A stretch of 49,474 nucleotides of DNA from Chiloscyllium plagiosum. Lineage: Eukaryota. The DNA lies in NCBI RefSeq assembly GCF_004010195.1, contig NC_057720.1, forward strand, positions 18,483,615 to 18,533,088, given 5' to 3'. This document shows, one piece after another, positions 46,621 through 49,474 of the stretch. A program made the translations under genes and the position numbers. The first letter of the stretch is position 1; each line of letters opens with the position of its first letter. The notes under the pieces are model-generated. The model searched no databases, was not told the DNA's origin, and saw only the letters and a program-made list of their open reading frames with translations.

Positions 46621-49359
46621 TATGATGGCATCTAGATTACACCAGTGTGTTTGAGACGGACAATGACTGTCTCTATTCCTCATGACAGGTTACGGTGTTG
46701 CTCTAGGTAATGTCGCCAGATTCGAGCATTTATTGCGTTCATTCCGGTTTGACTGAATCACAAATCGACCCCTGAGTTGATTGTTTTTGGTTAGTACGAA
46801 CTATGGGATACTTATATTGATATATTTTATGGATTGAATTTTTGTTAGATTCCCAGATGAATTACTAATTATTTAAACCCCAGTTGTGCCCAGCTAATTT
46901 TTGGTGCGGATTCCTAACCTATTTTAATACATTTTCATACATAGAACCTGCAGCTGCACAACCAGTAAAGATCTGGGGATGGTTTAATTGCTCTATTTAA
47001 GAAAGTTTGAGAGATTGATTATTTGTAAATAGAGGTAGTCATGGTTACTTATAGACACAATCACAGTTGAGAATGTTAAAACGAGGATTTATAAGAATAA
47101 AATTCACTGGAATGTTCACATAAGCTTTCTAGATATCAGACGGCCCCGCGATTAAATCATAGTAGTTTATACCATAATGTTTATTTAATTATTTCACACA
47201 TTCTAGAAATATCACTTACTTATCATATTAATTAGAAATTCGGCGATGCTTACGTAATGGTTTGTGTACGCTTTTTTTGGTTAAACGTTTTATTATAATA
47301 TTAGGGGAAATTGTGAGCTTTTCATAAATATTACCCGCTGCTTATGGTATAATTCACTGAATTTGCAATTCCATGTCTTAAATATCTTCTTTGGGGGATC
47401 TTAACAAAGTTTGTGTCAGTGACATTTCCACTGATCTGGAAAAACTCTCGCAAAGTATGAGCTTTTATTTATGCAATACTAAAATTAGCTGTTCCTTTCT
47501 TTACATTTAAAGGAACAGGAGTGAGCCATTCATCCCTTTGAGCAAATTCTGCCATTCAGTTTAATTAATGCTGATTTATATTGAGATCGCATCAACCTCT
47601 CCCATTCTATCATACTCCATATCTTGCCAAACAAAAATTTAACCATCTTATAAACCTCAACAACTGTTTAGTGGAGACAGTTCTGGATTGCTTATGCTTT
47701 TTGTGGGGAGAAAAATATTTTCTGACATCGATCCTGAATGGCCTAACTCTTTGTTAATAAACGTGAAGCTAGAAAAGCACATCACGTCAGATAGCATCCA
47801 AGGAGTGGGAAAGTCAGCATTTTGGGCCGAAACCCTTTGTCAGGACTTTTGGCCCAGCTCCTGTTTTGATAATATGCTCCCATGTATTGCACTCATCCAC
47901 CTTTCTCTTTTATCCTTTCAATTTCTTTGATCACCTTAAACATCTCAATTAGGCACTCTAATCTGCTATATTTTAGGGAATACAAGCCTAATGTATTGAG
48001 TTTGCTCATAATATTTAACTCCTTTAGTTAATCTGCTTGCTTTAGGGCATCTTGTGTCACAATATTACCTCACAAAATTTATGGTTTCACTCTGTACAAG
48101 ACCTACAAAAATTGTTTCAAATCCAATGTTAGATCCACTGGCCTAAGATAATTTGTTTGTCCAGGTGTCACCATAAAGTGGCTTGAACAATTGGTTGCTT
48201 TTATAGAACGTATGTGTAATCATTATTGAATTCACAGGAGGAATAATGAAACGTAATCTGAAGGGATTTATAAGAAATTAAGAGTCTTATAAAGTTATTA
48301 AATTTCATTATTCTAGACAATGAAAAATAGTAGAGTCTTGTTACAAAGATCCATCATTGTGTCACAGAGGGAATGCAGTCACACTCATTTGGTTGTTGGC
48401 TGGGTTGTCATGGTTATGAGAGACCACTTCTATTGTTGGTTCTAAATTGTCAGGAGTACTGTGGAATTCAGTGGAAATAATTGTGAAGTAGATTAAGCAC
48501 TTTACCACCTTAATATGAGTATTTGTTTTAAATTTTACATGGATGTCAGGTTGGCTCAGTAAAGCAAAAAGTCACTAAAGTTAGAAGATTGTCTTCAAGC
48601 CATACATACTTCAGGATTTTAGCTCATGATTTAGCTTTATAATTCGTTGCAGTACTGAAAGCGAACGTAAAATGTGTTTTCTTTTGTATCCACTGCTTGT
48701 GAGGCAAATAGATAGCAAAAGGTACTTTCTAGATGGTAAAAAGCTGCACACTTGAACCCATGATACTTAGGGTTCCACCAGTTTCATGGTTAAATTAAAA
48801 TGAAGTGACTTTGATATGAGTACAATCTAAGTCTTGAAATTCTAGAACAGTGACTATTCCCCTGACTGTACTTTCCACATAACAACAGCATTTCTCTTTT
48901 CTCGAATGGCTTCCTGTACCATGGTGCTATGCTCAGTTTGTGCATCCCCCTGACAGCCCCCACTCTCATCCACAAAGCAGCAAGAATCTCAAGACTGTTA
49001 GACCAGCTCAAGGACTGAAACGTCTTCACTACCACCTTGATCACTCTAATTGCCTCGCTCGCAGTCACACCCTCTTGTCTCTGATCACTGACCAAATTTG
49101 AAGTAGTTAATGCAAGGGGTGCCTCCTGAAGCAGTGTCCAGGTAACACTCTGTCTTCCTAATTTATTGCAGTGTTCTAAGCTCAGCCTCTAGCTCATCAA
49201 CTCTGAGCTGGACTTCCTCAAGCTACCAACATTTGCGACAGATGCAGTCAATCTGAACCACAATGGGGACCACCTGTGATATTAAAGAGTTAATTTGCTC
49301 TACTGACCTGCAAGAAGTTGAATGCCCTGGGGATAAGGTGGTGTGACTTTGTCTTCTGG

Positions 49360-49474
49360 AAAGAAAGTGAGGTCTGCAGATGCTGGAGATCAGAGCTGAA
49401 AATGTGTTGCTGGAGAAGCGCAGCAGGTCAGGTAGCATCCAGGGAACAGGAGAATCGCGTTTTGGGCATAAGCC
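49360..49474 (-). mobile_element. Penelope-like family A 3' end, cut by the window edge
   Basis: Same terminal sequence as 26327-26445. Confidence 0.85.

Noticed and set aside
46222..46683. Several overlapping ORFs of 65-123 aa
   Set aside because: Expected in GC-rich repetitive promoter DNA; no recognisable protein.

Overview
Vertebrate genomic DNA, almost certainly a shark or other elasmobranch (HE1-type tRNA SINEs, CR1/HER1-like LINEs), from a gapped assembly with three N-runs, all inside repeats. The window holds the 3' 12 coding exons of the Polycomb-like gene MTF2 (PCL2) on the + strand. They run from 9940 to 39542, all introns are GT-AG with consistent phases, and they encode PHD1, PHD2, the EH/winged-helix domain and the C-terminal chromo-like domain. 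The Tudor exons were not found and probably lie upstream. The introns and the downstream region are full of decayed CR1, RTE, SINE, Tc1/mariner-type MITE and Penelope-like (PLE) insertions. Three things stand out. (1) At least four families of PLE-derived insertions carry minimal hammerhead-ribozyme motifs. They share one geometry: 13-15 bp target-site duplications and inverted ends with an unpaired tail of about 33-40 nt. The catalytic G is repeatedly lost by CpG decay. (2) A near-perfect palindrome with 347-bp arms lies in the last MTF2 intron. (3) A CpG-rich promoter of an unidentified gene at about 46.2-46.7 kb is built from a tandem array of CCAAT boxes with E2F and YY1 motifs. All calls were read by eye; repeat boundaries are approximate unless a TSD is quoted.
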